Made by a program: the position numbers and the translations under genes. This document shows positions 48,348 through 58,802 of a stretch of 64,000 nucleotides of DNA, in pieces (the stretch's first letter is position 1; each line of letters begins with the position of its first letter). This DNA is from Thermoplasmatales archaeon (GTDB taxonomy: Archaea; Thermoplasmatota; Thermoplasmata; Thermoplasmatales; Thermoplasmataceae): assembly GCA_027310185.1 (NCBI GenBank), contig DAIDBH010000017.1, positions 128,001 through 192,000 of the forward strand, given 5' to 3'. A model generated the notes under the pieces. The model saw only the letters and a list, made by a program, of their open reading frames with translations, made no database searches and was not told the DNA's origin.

Positions 48348-49169
48348 ATGACAGATGAGAATCCAAAAGAGCAGAAAGATGTAGACATAAGTATAAATCT
48401 GAAGGGTAGGGTGGCCCTTGTGACAGGGTCCAGTTCTGGACTTGGAATGGAAATTGCGAGATATATGGCAGAAGCTGGAGCATCAGTCGCAATTCACTAT
48501 CGTAATGAAATGGATCAGGCGGTTAAGCTTGCTGAAGAAATAAATAATAGTGGAGGGAAGGCAGCAGTATTTGGCGGGGACGTATCAAAGAGAGATGAAG
48601 TGCAAAAGATATTCAGCGATATAGATAAGAAATTTGGACCAGTTGATATTCTGGTTAACAACGCAGGCATTGATGGAAAAAGAGAGTTGTGTGGGGAAGA
48701 TGATCCGGATGACTGGGAAAGGGTTATTTCCATCAATCTTCTTGGTCCATACTACTGCTCCAGAGAGGCTGTAAAAAGAATGAAGAAATCTAGCCATGGG
48801 GTAATTGTCAATATAACTTCTGTTCATGAATTTGTCCCATGGTCAGGATACACAGCATATAGCAGTGCAAAGGCTGGGCTGTCCATGTTTACAAAGACCC
48901 TCGCACAGGAAGTTTCAGATTTTGGCATAAGGGTAGTCTCGGTGGCACCTGGTGCAATCAAGACACCCATAAACAAGGATGTGTGGGGAAACCCAGAAAC
49001 ATACCAGGATCTGCTGACAAAGATCGCAATGCCCAGGATGGGAGAGACTAGAGATATTGCACAGGCAGTTACCTTTCTTGCCAGCGACATGGCTTCTTAT
49101 ATAACAGGTACTACACTTGTGGTGGATGGAGGCATGCTATTATATCCTGCATTCAAGCATGGTGGATAA
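48348..49169 (+). CDS. SDR oxidoreductase (glucose 1-dehydrogenase-like)
   Basis: TGSSSGLG, NNAG, SVHEFVPW, YSSAK, PGAIKTPIN. Confidence 0.9.
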   Translation: MTDENPKEQKDVDISINLKGRVALVTGSSSGLGMEIARYMAEAGASVAIHYRNEMDQAVKLAEEINNSGGKAAVFGGDVSKRDEVQKIFSDIDKKFGPVDILVNNAGIDGKRELCGEDDPDDWERVISINLLGPYYCSREAVKRMKKSSHGVIVNITSVHEFVPWSGYTAYSSAKAGLSMFTKTLAQEVSDFGIRVVSVAPGAIKTPINKDVWGNPETYQDLLTKIAMPRMGETRDIAQAVTFLASDMASYITGTTLVVDGGMLLYPAFKHGG

Positions 49170-49289
49170 TTCTATAAGTTTATAGAGCCTCATTTCCTTT
49201 TCTTATATACACAAAATTTGTGCCGGATTAAGAGTATCATAGCAAATTTATCGTGTGAGAATTATTATACTTACTGATCATGGTTATCT

Positions 49290-50447
49290 ATGAAGACCAT
49301 AGCAATTGTTGGAGGTGGGAGCGGTGGAATGAGCGCTGCCAACCATCTTGCGTATAAATTGAGGGACAGAGTAAAAAGTGGAGACGTTAAGATTATGCTA
49401 ATTGAAGGGAGCCAGCAGCATTTTTATCAGCCAGGATTCCTTGAAATACCTTTTGATTTGATGACGCCTGCATCTACACATAAGCCCATTTCAAGAATGG
49501 TGGCAGATGGAGTGACTGTTGTTCAGGAATTTGCCACTGAAGTTGATCTGAAAAACAGGGTTATAAAAACAGAGAAACAGAAAATAAGCTATGATTATAT
49601 AGTTCTGGCAACCGGTGCAAGGTATGACTATGAATCCATACCTGGCCTTAAGGAGGGGACGGATAATTTCTATAGCCTTGAAAACGCCGTATCCCTGAAG
49701 AAAAAGCTGAACAGCTTCAAGGGCGGACGCGTCGTAGTTGGGGTAGCTTCCATGCCTTACAAATGCACTCCTGCCCCTCTCGAAGCTGTTTTCATGCTGA
49801 ATGATTATTTTACCAGAAGGGGTATAAGGGATAAGGTGGAAATTGAATATGTATACCCAATGCCCATGGCTTTCCCGGATAAGGGAATATCAGACGCTGC
49901 CCTGAAGATGTTCGAAGAGAGAGGGATAAAGAGTAGTCTTGGATTTCAGTTGAAATCAGTTGATACAAAAACAAGGGAACTTATATCGAAGAATGATGAA
50001 AAAATAGGTTACGATCTGGCTCTAGTAGTACCCCCTCACAGAGGAAACAGGCTTATGGAAAAATCAGAAGTGGTAGACCAGATGGGATGGATAAATGTCG
50101 ATGGTTATACGCTTAACATCAAGGGATACGAGAACGCCTTTGCCATTGGGGATTCAACAAACCTGCAGGTCTCTAAGGCAGGATCGGTTGCAGATGCAGA
50201 GGCAATTGTTGTTTCTGAAAGGATTTTCCAGTCAATGGATGGGGAAGAGCCTGTTACTACCTATGATGGCACTGGAGGTGCCCTTATGCTCACAGGCATG
50301 GGAAAGGCCTCGATGATAACATCAGATTATTCTCACAGACCTGTAATGATGCCAGAAAGTTACTCATTCTACTGGTTAAAACTGATCTATAACAATGTGT
50401 ACTGGAACATGACCGCAAGACCGGTACTTAATGGGGTGATTGAATGA
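49290..50447 (+). CDS. Sulfide:quinone oxidoreductase-family flavoprotein
   Basis: GGGSGG, YQPGF, YDYIVLATG, YKCTPAPLE, VPPH, AIGD, SKAGS. Confidence 0.85.
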   Translation: MKTIAIVGGGSGGMSAANHLAYKLRDRVKSGDVKIMLIEGSQQHFYQPGFLEIPFDLMTPASTHKPISRMVADGVTVVQEFATEVDLKNRVIKTEKQKISYDYIVLATGARYDYESIPGLKEGTDNFYSLENAVSLKKKLNSFKGGRVVVGVASMPYKCTPAPLEAVFMLNDYFTRRGIRDKVEIEYVYPMPMAFPDKGISDAALKMFEERGIKSSLGFQLKSVDTKTRELISKNDEKIGYDLALVVPPHRGNRLMEKSEVVDQMGWINVDGYTLNIKGYENAFAIGDSTNLQVSKAGSVADAEAIVVSERIFQSMDGEEPVTTYDGTGGALMLTGMGKASMITSDYSHRPVMMPESYSFYWLKLIYNNVYWNMTARPVLNGVIE

Positions 50448-50893
50448 GCACAGATATAATGGAATTACTGAATAAAAAACTTGAGGACCCTGAATCCAGA
50501 AAGTCCGCCGAATATATCCTTGATAATATTGGGACCGTTACTGGTTTGATGGAATGGATCAAGACCATGGAAGACACGGGTATGGCAGAATCGCTCAAAG
50601 GCTTGATATATCTCTTAGCCAATTTGCGTGGAGTCCTTACTGATGACATGCTTAATGGTATTTCTGCGATCCTGAACTCCCTGCTGGAAATTCTATCAAA
50701 AGTTTCGGATCCACATGTGGTTGATGGTGTCGTTGCACTTCTCGATGGTATTTCTTCAGGAAAACTATCAAAAGAGCCAAAAATTCATGGAACCTTAAGC
50801 TTGTTGAGTGAACTGAAGGACCCGCAGGTGGAAGCTGGGCTTGCAGTTGCAATAAATGTATTAAAGGGCCTTGGAAAAGTAGGTAAGAATTAA
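50444..50893 (+). CDS. DUF1641-like helical protein (SQR-associated)
   Basis: C-terminal LLSELKDPQVEAGLA...LKGLGK; coupled to the SQR gene. Confidence 0.8.
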   Translation: MSTDIMELLNKKLEDPESRKSAEYILDNIGTVTGLMEWIKTMEDTGMAESLKGLIYLLANLRGVLTDDMLNGISAILNSLLEILSKVSDPHVVDGVVALLDGISSGKLSKEPKIHGTLSLLSELKDPQVEAGLAVAINVLKGLGKVGKN

Positions 50894-50918
50894 TTATATA
50901 TCCAAAGTTTATTTTTTT

Positions 50919-51266
50919 TTAATTTTTACATCTTAAATGTTCCTGAATACCATTCAGTTTACTGAGTTCTGAAGAAGTATCAGGAAGAGAATTTATGATA
51001 TTCTTTAGGAGTGGAAGTTTTTCTGGATTAACTGAATAATAGACCCACTGTGCATGCTTCCTTTCCCTTACAAGACCTGCAGACCTCATTTTTGCAAGAT
51101 GTTGTGAAACATTTGATTGTGATAAATCTAGAATGGCGGTCAACTCACAAACACATAGCTCCTGCTGATTTATTAATGAAAGTATATGCAGCCGGTTAGG
51201 ATCTCCGAGAATCTTCATAATGTTAGCCACGGATGATATGTCGGACCTTATCTGATCCTGCATCAT
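50919..51266 (-). CDS. ArsR/SmtB family regulator
   Basis: LGDPNRLHIL, ELCVCEL, SQSNVSQHL. Confidence 0.93.
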   Translation of the reverse strand: MMQDQIRSDISSVANIMKILGDPNRLHILSLINQQELCVCELTAILDLSQSNVSQHLAKMRSAGLVRERKHAQWVYYSVNPEKLPLLKNIINSLPDTSSELSKLNGIQEHLRCKN

Positions 51267-51267
51267 G

Positions 51268-51888
51268 TTACTGAATCACGTCCTTGAATATAATATCCGT
51301 TCTTATTCCTTTATTGGCGTAGGGTACCTCCTTCCATGAGTACTCTATTCTTGATGAATGATAGTGCTCCTCTGGCCTGGTTTTTAAAAGTACATTGCTT
51401 ACCCAATCATCCTGTAAAGCTTTCAGGTTGTCAAGTTTTCCTGGTAATTCGTCTGCTTGAGCTAAGCTTAGTGAAGATTCTAATTCTATTATATCCTTAT
51501 TAAAAAACCCCGCCTCTTCCTTTACTTCCACAGTTTCACCGGTCGAAATCCTTTGAACTATGTACCATACGCCTTCCTGGTTTCTCACATCCTGTGTCCC
51601 AAATCTAACCCTTGCGCCAGTAAGGTAGGATGCTGCATCTCCAAGACATGGGCTATTCCTTGAAATTGCCCTTAGGTCTGTTCTGTCAACTATATAATCA
51701 GAGAACAGGGACTTTAATGCAACTGACAGTGCATATGCTCCTCTGTAGAGACCATCACAAGCATGTCCATGGAACTTGACAAGATCTTCAAACCCTATAT
51801 CCTTGGGACTTTTTGAATACCTACCGTGACTGGATTCTGTATCCAGAACTTTGAATGATGGCATATTATTTTCATACATCAATCCCAC
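51268..51888 (-). CDS. FmdE/FwdE family protein
   Basis: KFHGHACDGL...NSPCLGDA. Confidence 0.8.
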   Translation of the reverse strand: MGLMYENNMPSFKVLDTESSHGRYSKSPKDIGFEDLVKFHGHACDGLYRGAYALSVALKSLFSDYIVDRTDLRAISRNSPCLGDAASYLTGARVRFGTQDVRNQEGVWYIVQRISTGETVEVKEEAGFFNKDIIELESSLSLAQADELPGKLDNLKALQDDWVSNVLLKTRPEEHYHSSRIEYSWKEVPYANKGIRTDIIFKDVIQ

Positions 51889-51894
51889 CTTTGC

Positions 51895-52254
51895 TCAGAA
51901 AGATATTACCGTATATCCTTCAACTGCATATCTGGAAAAGGCATCTCTTGCGAATTCTAGATTTATACCATTGCTGGAAAATATATCTTCCATGTTCCAG
52001 TTCTTTACCTGGTTTGAACATGCTTCTACTATAATTCCTGCCTCCCTCAACTCCTTTATTATATCCAATATTTCGATGTTATCCTGCCCTCTTTCAAGTG
52101 CCCTGACACCGCCTGTGAAAAGGAATACTTCCACTCGTTCTATACCATTTTGCTTCTTGGCTTCATCAATCCTCAGTGCCACATGAAGGCCTGCCATTAT
52201 TTTCGCTCTCTGATCCAGTCCTGAATTTATTACTATTGCTAGTTTTGCTCCCAT
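51895..52254 (-). CDS. DsrE/DsrF-like sulfur relay protein
   Basis: VEVFLFTGGV...VEACSN...GYTVISF. Confidence 0.8.
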   Translation of the reverse strand: MGAKLAIVINSGLDQRAKIMAGLHVALRIDEAKKQNGIERVEVFLFTGGVRALERGQDNIEILDIIKELREAGIIVEACSNQVKNWNMEDIFSSNGINLEFARDAFSRYAVEGYTVISF

Positions 52255-52394
52255 TATATTACCTTATGAGTATATGCTAATATACTTATTTAACTCATCG
52301 TACAACATGGTGAATATTGTTGCTGACTTCCTGTGCAGTATAGATATTGTTTAAATTACAGTAAATTTAACAATGTAACTTAGATTATATCCAT

Positions 52395-52748
52395 GTGGAA
52401 GCTACTTATCAAGTGATTAAGAAGCATGTTAAAAGCTATGATCCGGCTCCTTCTTTTAAAGCTGGCACACACTTCACGTTGGGAAGAAGGGATAAAATGT
52501 ATAATTCATGGATCTGGTGCACTGACTCTATAGGACAAAGTGCCTGGGTTCCTGAGCAAATCCTTTCTTGCGAACATGGGAAAGATGCAGTATTGAAAGA
52601 GGATTACGATTCCAATGAACTCACGGTTGAAATTGATGAAACAGTTATTGGTTTAATGGTTGTGAACGGATGGATCCGGTGCAGGAATTTGATGGGTGAA
52701 GAAGGGTGGGTACCTGAAGATCATTTAGAACCATTTAATGTAAAATGA
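52395..52748 (+). CDS. Tandem SH3-like domain protein
   Basis: WIWC...AWVPEQIL / YDSNELTV...GWIRC...GWVPEDHL. Confidence 0.8.
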   Translation: MEATYQVIKKHVKSYDPAPSFKAGTHFTLGRRDKMYNSWIWCTDSIGQSAWVPEQILSCEHGKDAVLKEDYDSNELTVEIDETVIGLMVVNGWIRCRNLMGEEGWVPEDHLEPFNVK

Positions 52749-53020
52749 AGAACGTGAATATTTTAGAGAATACGAAGGATTTTTCGTAAAACTTATTGAA
52801 AGAGCATTTCACTTCACAAATTTGGGTTTTTCCTATTCGAATAATAGATGTGCAATTCTGTATTCAAACAACTTATATTCAGAAACATTGTTCTTATCTT
52901 AAATTGTGCCAACACAGTTAATAGAGTATATCTCCAATAAATCAGTGGCAATAAATTATCCTCCTATACGGGACCATTTTCTATTATTTCATTGAGATTC
53001 ACAGCCAAGGTGCTAAAAAA

Positions 53021-53093
53021 TGGGGCTGCCCGGATTTGGACCGGAGTCTCAGGCTCCCAAAGCCCGTAGGATACCAAGCTACCCCACAGCCCC
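53021..53093 (-). tRNA. tRNA-Pro(UGG)
   Basis: Reverse complement GGGGCTGTGGGGTAGCTTGGTATCCTACGGGCTTTGGGAGCCTGAGACTCCGGTCCAAATCCGGGCAGCCCCA; anticodon loop TTTGGGA. Confidence 0.93.
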
Positions 53094-53240
53094 ATAGTAA
53101 GGGAGAGTTTACAAATAAATAAAAAGTTAACTACCCGCGCTGGCAAATTTAAAAAAATTGAGAGGATTGCCGAAACATAATGGCTATTCATTGATATAAT
53201 TTACAAAGTTTTTTCTTTAGTGCTAAAATAACCTTAGATT

Positions 53241-54467
53241 GTGCTTCCCCAGAATAGGATAGAGAGAGGTTTTAATTTTTTGCTGCTGTCAAGGGCAGTT
53301 AGAAGTGGTGCGCTTAGTTTTTCCGCGATTGCATATCCACTTTACCTGAAGGTTCTGGGTTTCAATAACCTTTATGTTGGTTTTCTTACTGGATTTGTTG
53401 TGGTATTTACAGTGATCCAGACAATGATCCTTGGTGTACTTGGAGATAGGATAGGCTATAAATATTCAATGATAATTGGCGAGGTTTTTCCTCTTATTTC
53501 TACGGCTATTCTATTCTTTGTAACTTCCGGACCACTGATTTATCTTTCAGTGATCGGTGGAATTGCAGGTGGCCCCGGTGGCATGAGAGGTGCCTTTTCT
53601 CCAGGATCAACAGCACTTGTAGCAAAGAACTGGAGAGACCCAAATGACAGGGTAAAAAAACTTGGACTGATGACAACTGTTGGATCCATATTTGCAGTTG
53701 TAGGAGGGATGATGGTTATAAGCAGAAATGGAGTGTCATCTTATGTTGGAGATGCGGCTTCTTATAGAATCCTTTTTGGAATAAGTTTTCTTCTTATCTT
53801 AATATCATTTATCTCCCTGTTCCTTGTTTTTGAAAGAGGTTCCGAAAAGAAAAAAACAGGCTTTGTTGGAAGGGGATCAGTGAAGCATATAGGAAAAACA
53901 GTCGTCGCTAATGCATTTAACGGTGCCGGGATAGGAATTTCAATGCCCATACTTTCCCTTTGGTTTTCTGAGATGTATCCATCATCCACCACAACCACTA
54001 TTGGCATTGTTTTCACCATATCATACATATCAACGGCCATGGGCTCATACGTTTCATCAAGATACAGGAAAAGAGGAGAGAAAGCGGCAAAAATAGGATC
54101 CTACGGAAGAATGCTTCAGGGGTTGCTAATGATTCCTCTTGCCCTTTCTCCATACTTCTACATTGCTGGCATTTTCTATATATTCCGTGCAGGAATAGCA
54201 GGTTTTGGGCTTCCATCCAGAAGCAACATCAATGTGAGTGGCCTGAAAGAAGGGGATTATGGTGCGGGGACTGGATTGCAGGCCAGTGCAGCAAGAATTG
54301 CACAGACAACCTCCGGAGCGTCTGGAGCCTTGATGGATCTATATCTACCATTACCTGAAATTGTAGGAGGGGTAATTCAATTTCTTGCAGGCGTGGCATA
54401 CTACGATCTTTTTGCGAGAAGAACCAAACCTGAAGTGGAAGAAGTGAACGCTAGTCCAGCAAAATGA
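53241..54467 (+). CDS. MFS transporter
   Basis: ~12 TM helices; motif A-like GVLGDRIGYK. Confidence 0.88.
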   Translation: MLPQNRIERGFNFLLLSRAVRSGALSFSAIAYPLYLKVLGFNNLYVGFLTGFVVVFTVIQTMILGVLGDRIGYKYSMIIGEVFPLISTAILFFVTSGPLIYLSVIGGIAGGPGGMRGAFSPGSTALVAKNWRDPNDRVKKLGLMTTVGSIFAVVGGMMVISRNGVSSYVGDAASYRILFGISFLLILISFISLFLVFERGSEKKKTGFVGRGSVKHIGKTVVANAFNGAGIGISMPILSLWFSEMYPSSTTTTIGIVFTISYISTAMGSYVSSRYRKRGEKAAKIGSYGRMLQGLLMIPLALSPYFYIAGIFYIFRAGIAGFGLPSRSNINVSGLKEGDYGAGTGLQASAARIAQTTSGASGALMDLYLPLPEIVGGVIQFLAGVAYYDLFARRTKPEVEEVNASPAK

Positions 54468-54713
54468 ATTATGAATTATGGGATGGTTAGTTGACTTCTA
54501 AATGTCGGGAAATTTTGAAGTGCCTCAAGGTTCCAGAATTGTTTTTTCATGTGAATGTTCAAGTATCAAGACAGGAAATTTTGTATTTTAGAGGTCAATT
54601 CCTTATATAAACACCCATGTGAAAGGATACAAAGTGTTTCCCTGCTTAATTCCCACAGTTTTACGGTTGAACTTAGACCCTCAATAACATATAAAGGGAA
54701 TTAATATGGTGAT

Positions 54714-56366
54714 ATGGATCCTTTTGAACCGGTGAATATAGGAGACTTGAGGATAAAAAATAGATTTGTTATGGCACCCATGATTTCTAATCTGGCTGAT
54801 CCAGATGGTTTCACCAATGAAATTCACACTTCTTACCTTGAAGAGAGAGCACGTGGAGGATTTGGAATGATTGTTACTGAATATTCATATATCGATGCTC
54901 CCCTGAGCAGGGGCTCGAGAAATGAACTTTCCTTTGCTTCCTATGACCAGGCACCAAGATTGAAGAGGCTCACAGAACGAATTCATTCTCATGATACACG
55001 AATTTTTGCACAGCTGGTGCATGCCGGGGGAAAGGCTCTTGCAGAATCTTCTGAAAGACCAGGAGCACCGACTTCCATGCCATACCTCGGCAGGGAAACT
55101 GATGAACTGACTATGGAACAGATAGAGGAGATTAAAAATTCCTTTCTTAAGGCAGCAAAAATGGCCGAAAAATCCAACTTTGACGGGGTTGAACTTCATG
55201 GCGCACATGCATACCTCATTCAGGAGTTTCTATCGCCTTCGCTGAATAAAAGAAAGGATCGCTATGGTAATGATTTTACTGGGAGATTGAGGTTCCCTCA
55301 GGAAATAATAGACCTTATAAGAAAGGAAACGGATCTAAAGATTGGCATCAGGCTAAGCCTGTATGAAGATGAACCCGATGGGTATGGACCTGAGTATGGT
55401 CTTAAAATTGCCGATTCCCTGAAGAACATAGATTATGTTCATTTTTCTGCAGGTAGGACGGCTCCCCCAGGTTCTTCTGCCTCATATTATTCTGAAAGAA
55501 ATCACATTGGAAATAGATTGATTAGAAAACCGGATGTAACAACAATAGTAGTCGGATCTGTAGTTGATCTTGATTCTGTTAAAAAAGCCCTGGAAAAAAG
55601 CGATTTAGTTGCTGTAGGTAGGGCCGCACTTGCTGATCCTTATTTTCCATTGAAACTAAAGGCCGGCATGAAGCCAAGACCATGTATTAGATGTAACCAG
55701 GCATGCAGGGATTTCAGTTTTGGCCAGGTAAGATGCACTGTAAATCCACTAACAGGCAATGAAACATACTATACTGCCGAGCATGCAACAGGACTTGTTA
55801 AGATAGCGGGAGCCGGTGTGGCTGGGATGGAGGCTGCCATTTATCTTGCTAATGCAGGAATGGATGTTGAGATCAATGAAGCGGGAAACAGGATAGGTGG
55901 ACAGATCAATGAGATAGATGAACCCACAAAGAGAAGAGAGTTTATGGCACTGGTAGATTTCTATAACCAGGAGGTTGAAAGACTCAGAATAAGAGTAAAC
56001 TTCAGTACAAGGGTATCAGTAAAAGACGTGGATATCTTCCTGGCAACGGAAGATAGATATGAGAACCTGGATGAAGATAATGATATATTCGTTGATTCAA
56101 ATATTTACAAGAATCTTGATCAGGCACTAAAACTCGCAGAAAGATGCAGGATATATATGACAGAAAGGAGCCTCACTTCACTGGACAGGCATAGACAGAT
56201 GGTCTACAGGCATACGGCTGAGAATGATGGGATAGTTTTCGTAAAAGAACCTGATCAAAGATTCAGATCAAGCAGTATAGAAAGGGTACAGTACGACATA
56301 TATGGGGCAGCTATCAGGGGAATTACCGCTGCAAGGGACTATATACGTCTTAAATCAGTGCTTTAA
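54714..56366 (+). CDS. NADH:flavin oxidoreductase (Old Yellow Enzyme family with Fe-S/FAD domain)
   Basis: KNRFVMAPM, QLVHAG, ELHGAHAYLI, CIRCNQAC...CTVNP, GAGVAG. Confidence 0.92.
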   Translation: MDPFEPVNIGDLRIKNRFVMAPMISNLADPDGFTNEIHTSYLEERARGGFGMIVTEYSYIDAPLSRGSRNELSFASYDQAPRLKRLTERIHSHDTRIFAQLVHAGGKALAESSERPGAPTSMPYLGRETDELTMEQIEEIKNSFLKAAKMAEKSNFDGVELHGAHAYLIQEFLSPSLNKRKDRYGNDFTGRLRFPQEIIDLIRKETDLKIGIRLSLYEDEPDGYGPEYGLKIADSLKNIDYVHFSAGRTAPPGSSASYYSERNHIGNRLIRKPDVTTIVVGSVVDLDSVKKALEKSDLVAVGRAALADPYFPLKLKAGMKPRPCIRCNQACRDFSFGQVRCTVNPLTGNETYYTAEHATGLVKIAGAGVAGMEAAIYLANAGMDVEINEAGNRIGGQINEIDEPTKRREFMALVDFYNQEVERLRIRVNFSTRVSVKDVDIFLATEDRYENLDEDNDIFVDSNIYKNLDQALKLAERCRIYMTERSLTSLDRHRQMVYRHTAENDGIVFVKEPDQRFRSSSIERVQYDIYGAAIRGITAARDYIRLKSVL

Positions 56367-57110
56367 GTTATTCCTCTCCCCGAGAATTCTCCTTTCCCTC
56401 CTCTCCTTGTAATTTTCAACTTCCTCCTTTTCTTCCTGGGACAGGTCTACTTCCTCCTGCTCGATTGATAATATGAATTCCGGAGGAATTTCCGTTGTGA
56501 GATAAACCTCTCTTGAAGCCCTGTACACTGGTATTTTCTCCCTAAGCTCCTCGGTGTTGATCCCTATCACTACTGGATCGTCCACGTGGAACAGTCCTGT
56601 GACATATGCCTTCCTGAACGTTGATGAGAGATGGATATATGTCTTGTCAGATGGGTTGATTCCAGTTTCCCTGATCAGTGAGAACTCCTCTCCGGTAGTC
56701 TGGTAAAAAAGTATGTCAGGTATATCATCTACTGGAAGATCATCAAGGATTACTGGAATTGTGTGATCATACGTTGCCCTTATTTCCCCTCTATCATTCA
56801 CCTGGTATCTTCCCTTTTCATCTGTTTTACCAAGTGCCTCTATATGAAGTGGGGTTAACCATCCAAACCTTCTCCTCTGCGTCTTTATGGCTGGGACAAT
56901 AGAATATATTTTTGCGTAACCATTTTTTGATAACCTGATTCCATAATTTTCTGGGAAGTGCCTCAGCATTCCAGCAAGGATTCGACCAACAGCATCCACC
57001 TCGTCTGGATACATGAGATTCCGTCCCTCCTGTCCACATTTTGGGCATTCAAAACCCCTGTAGAAACCATCAATTGGGCATATTCTCAGATTCTTTTCCA
57101 ATCTAATCAC
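56355..57110 (-). CDS. kptA: RNA 2'-phosphotransferase (Tpt1/KptA)
   Basis: LRHFPE, DEKGRYQ, IRATYDHT, YIHLS. Confidence 0.9.
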   Translation of the reverse strand: MIRLEKNLRICPIDGFYRGFECPKCGQEGRNLMYPDEVDAVGRILAGMLRHFPENYGIRLSKNGYAKIYSIVPAIKTQRRRFGWLTPLHIEALGKTDEKGRYQVNDRGEIRATYDHTIPVILDDLPVDDIPDILFYQTTGEEFSLIRETGINPSDKTYIHLSSTFRKAYVTGLFHVDDPVVIGINTEELREKIPVYRASREVYLTTEIPPEFILSIEQEEVDLSQEEKEEVENYKERRERRILGERNNLKH

Positions 57111-57957
57111 CAGTTATGAAATATGATAGTTTCCGGGATACATTAATCTTGCTATAACCTGACTTGATAGTATCTGATACGGCCAGTTCTACACACTCTG
57201 ATGCTATTTTTCTGTCCACATTATTTATAAATAAGCCATGAGTTGCAGATACAAACACTGCTGATGCCCCTGAATTCTTAATGATTTCCATGGACCTCAG
57301 TATTGTTCCACCCGTAGAAATGATGTCATCTACAAGTAATACCTTCATTCCTGAGGCATCTATATGATCCATGTTATATTCCACCGTAGTTGCGTCTATT
57401 CTCTTCTTGTTCATAAATCCGCTTTTGCATCCAAGAATATCAGCTACCTCCTTAGCCCTGAAGAATGCACCATCATCGGGAGCCATGACAAGATCAATAT
57501 TTTTTTCCCTGAAATAATCTGCAATACTTCCAGATGCATGAAAATCCCTGCATTTCCTTTTTGAATACCTATATGAAGAGGTGTCATGAATATCAACTGT
57601 AACGATTTCATCCGCATATTCTGATATGGAACTGATCAGGACTTTTGCTGATATTGCTTCACCTTTCTTATAGATCATATGCTGTCTCGCATATCCAAAA
57701 TAGGGTATCACCGCAATTAATTTAGATGGATTGTCCTCCCGGACAGCGTCTAGCAGGAACAACAATTCAAGTATCTCAGAATCATTATTCGTATTTCCAA
57801 CAACCGCAACTTCCTTCCCGCTCAGATCCTCCAGTATCCTGAAATATCTTTCCCCATCAGGAAATACCTTGCGTTCAACCCCCACTCCTTTCATCGAACT
57901 TCTGGTCATCATGTTTTTTGCAAATTCACTGGTTCTGGAAGTTGAAACTATGTACAT
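57103..57957 (-). CDS. prs: Ribose-phosphate pyrophosphokinase
   Basis: FPDGE, PYFGYARQ, APDDGA, VDDIISTGGT. Confidence 0.95.
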   Translation of the reverse strand: MYIVSTSRTSEFAKNMMTRSSMKGVGVERKVFPDGERYFRILEDLSGKEVAVVGNTNNDSEILELLFLLDAVREDNPSKLIAVIPYFGYARQHMIYKKGEAISAKVLISSISEYADEIVTVDIHDTSSYRYSKRKCRDFHASGSIADYFREKNIDLVMAPDDGAFFRAKEVADILGCKSGFMNKKRIDATTVEYNMDHIDASGMKVLLVDDIISTGGTILRSMEIIKNSGASAVFVSATHGLFINNVDRKIASECVELAVSDTIKSGYSKINVSRKLSYFITGD

Positions 57958-58022
57958 ATGTGCTGAATGTCATTTTTTTATAAATATATATTTGAATTTG
58001 CTATACTGCATGACTCAATATT

Positions 58023-58757
58023 CTATTTATTGAGAAAAGCTTTGAGAAGTTCCTTTGTGGTTATGTTCTGTGTCAATTTTATAAATGACTCTTCCTCTTC
58101 CTTCATATCATCTGCTGGATTTAAACCCAATGATCTGACCATTGATTTTTTAATTTCTATTATCGTCTGACTATCTTTTGAGGCAATTTTTCTTGCAATT
58201 TCAAGCATTTCTTCCTTTGAACCTACAGTTTCCTGTATAATTCCTCTTTCCTTTGCTTCCCTGGCTGAAAGTATATTACCAGTAAGAGCTAGGTACATTG
58301 CGTTTTTATATCCTATTTCCCTTGGAAGGATAGTGTTCCCTCCAGCACCTGCATTTATTCCGATATTAACTTCAGGCTGCCCAATTTTTGACTTCTCTTC
58401 TGCTATAATCATATCTGACCATTGAGATATTTCGAAACCGCCTCCAAGAGAGAATCCAGTCAGATATGAGATGAATATTTTGTCTGAATTGATCATGCTA
58501 CTAACAATTGTGGACATTTTTTTTCTGAAGGATTTGGCAAGATCAATGTTCATCGCCAGAAGATCGTTTATATCTGCACCAACTGAGAAGTCACCGTTAC
58601 TGGAATCAAATACAATTACTTTCAGATTCCTGTCCTCTTCCAGAGATTTAATGGCCTTGATCAGTTCTTCCAGCAGCTCCTGGTTAATCGCGTTCCTCTT
58701 TTCCTTTCTTGAAAGTGATATTTCCCCAATATTGCCATTTTTAGATATATCTATCAT
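58023..58757 (-). CDS. Enoyl-CoA hydratase/isomerase
   Basis: RNAIN, FSVGADI, LGGGFE, GQPEVNIG. Confidence 0.92.
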   Translation of the reverse strand: MIDISKNGNIGEISLSRKEKRNAINQELLEELIKAIKSLEEDRNLKVIVFDSSNGDFSVGADINDLLAMNIDLAKSFRKKMSTIVSSMINSDKIFISYLTGFSLGGGFEISQWSDMIIAEEKSKIGQPEVNIGINAGAGGNTILPREIGYKNAMYLALTGNILSAREAKERGIIQETVGSKEEMLEIARKIASKDSQTIIEIKKSMVRSLGLNPADDMKEEEESFIKLTQNITTKELLKAFLNK

Positions 58758-58802
58758 CTTGATCAGCTAAGGGAAACTATCATCTCAATGGCTTTAATCT
58801 TT

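Noticed and set aside
49200-53093. Second tRNA-anchored island at tRNA-Pro
   Set aside because: No convincing duplicate of the tRNA-Pro 3' end was found (only TGCCGGATT near 49221).
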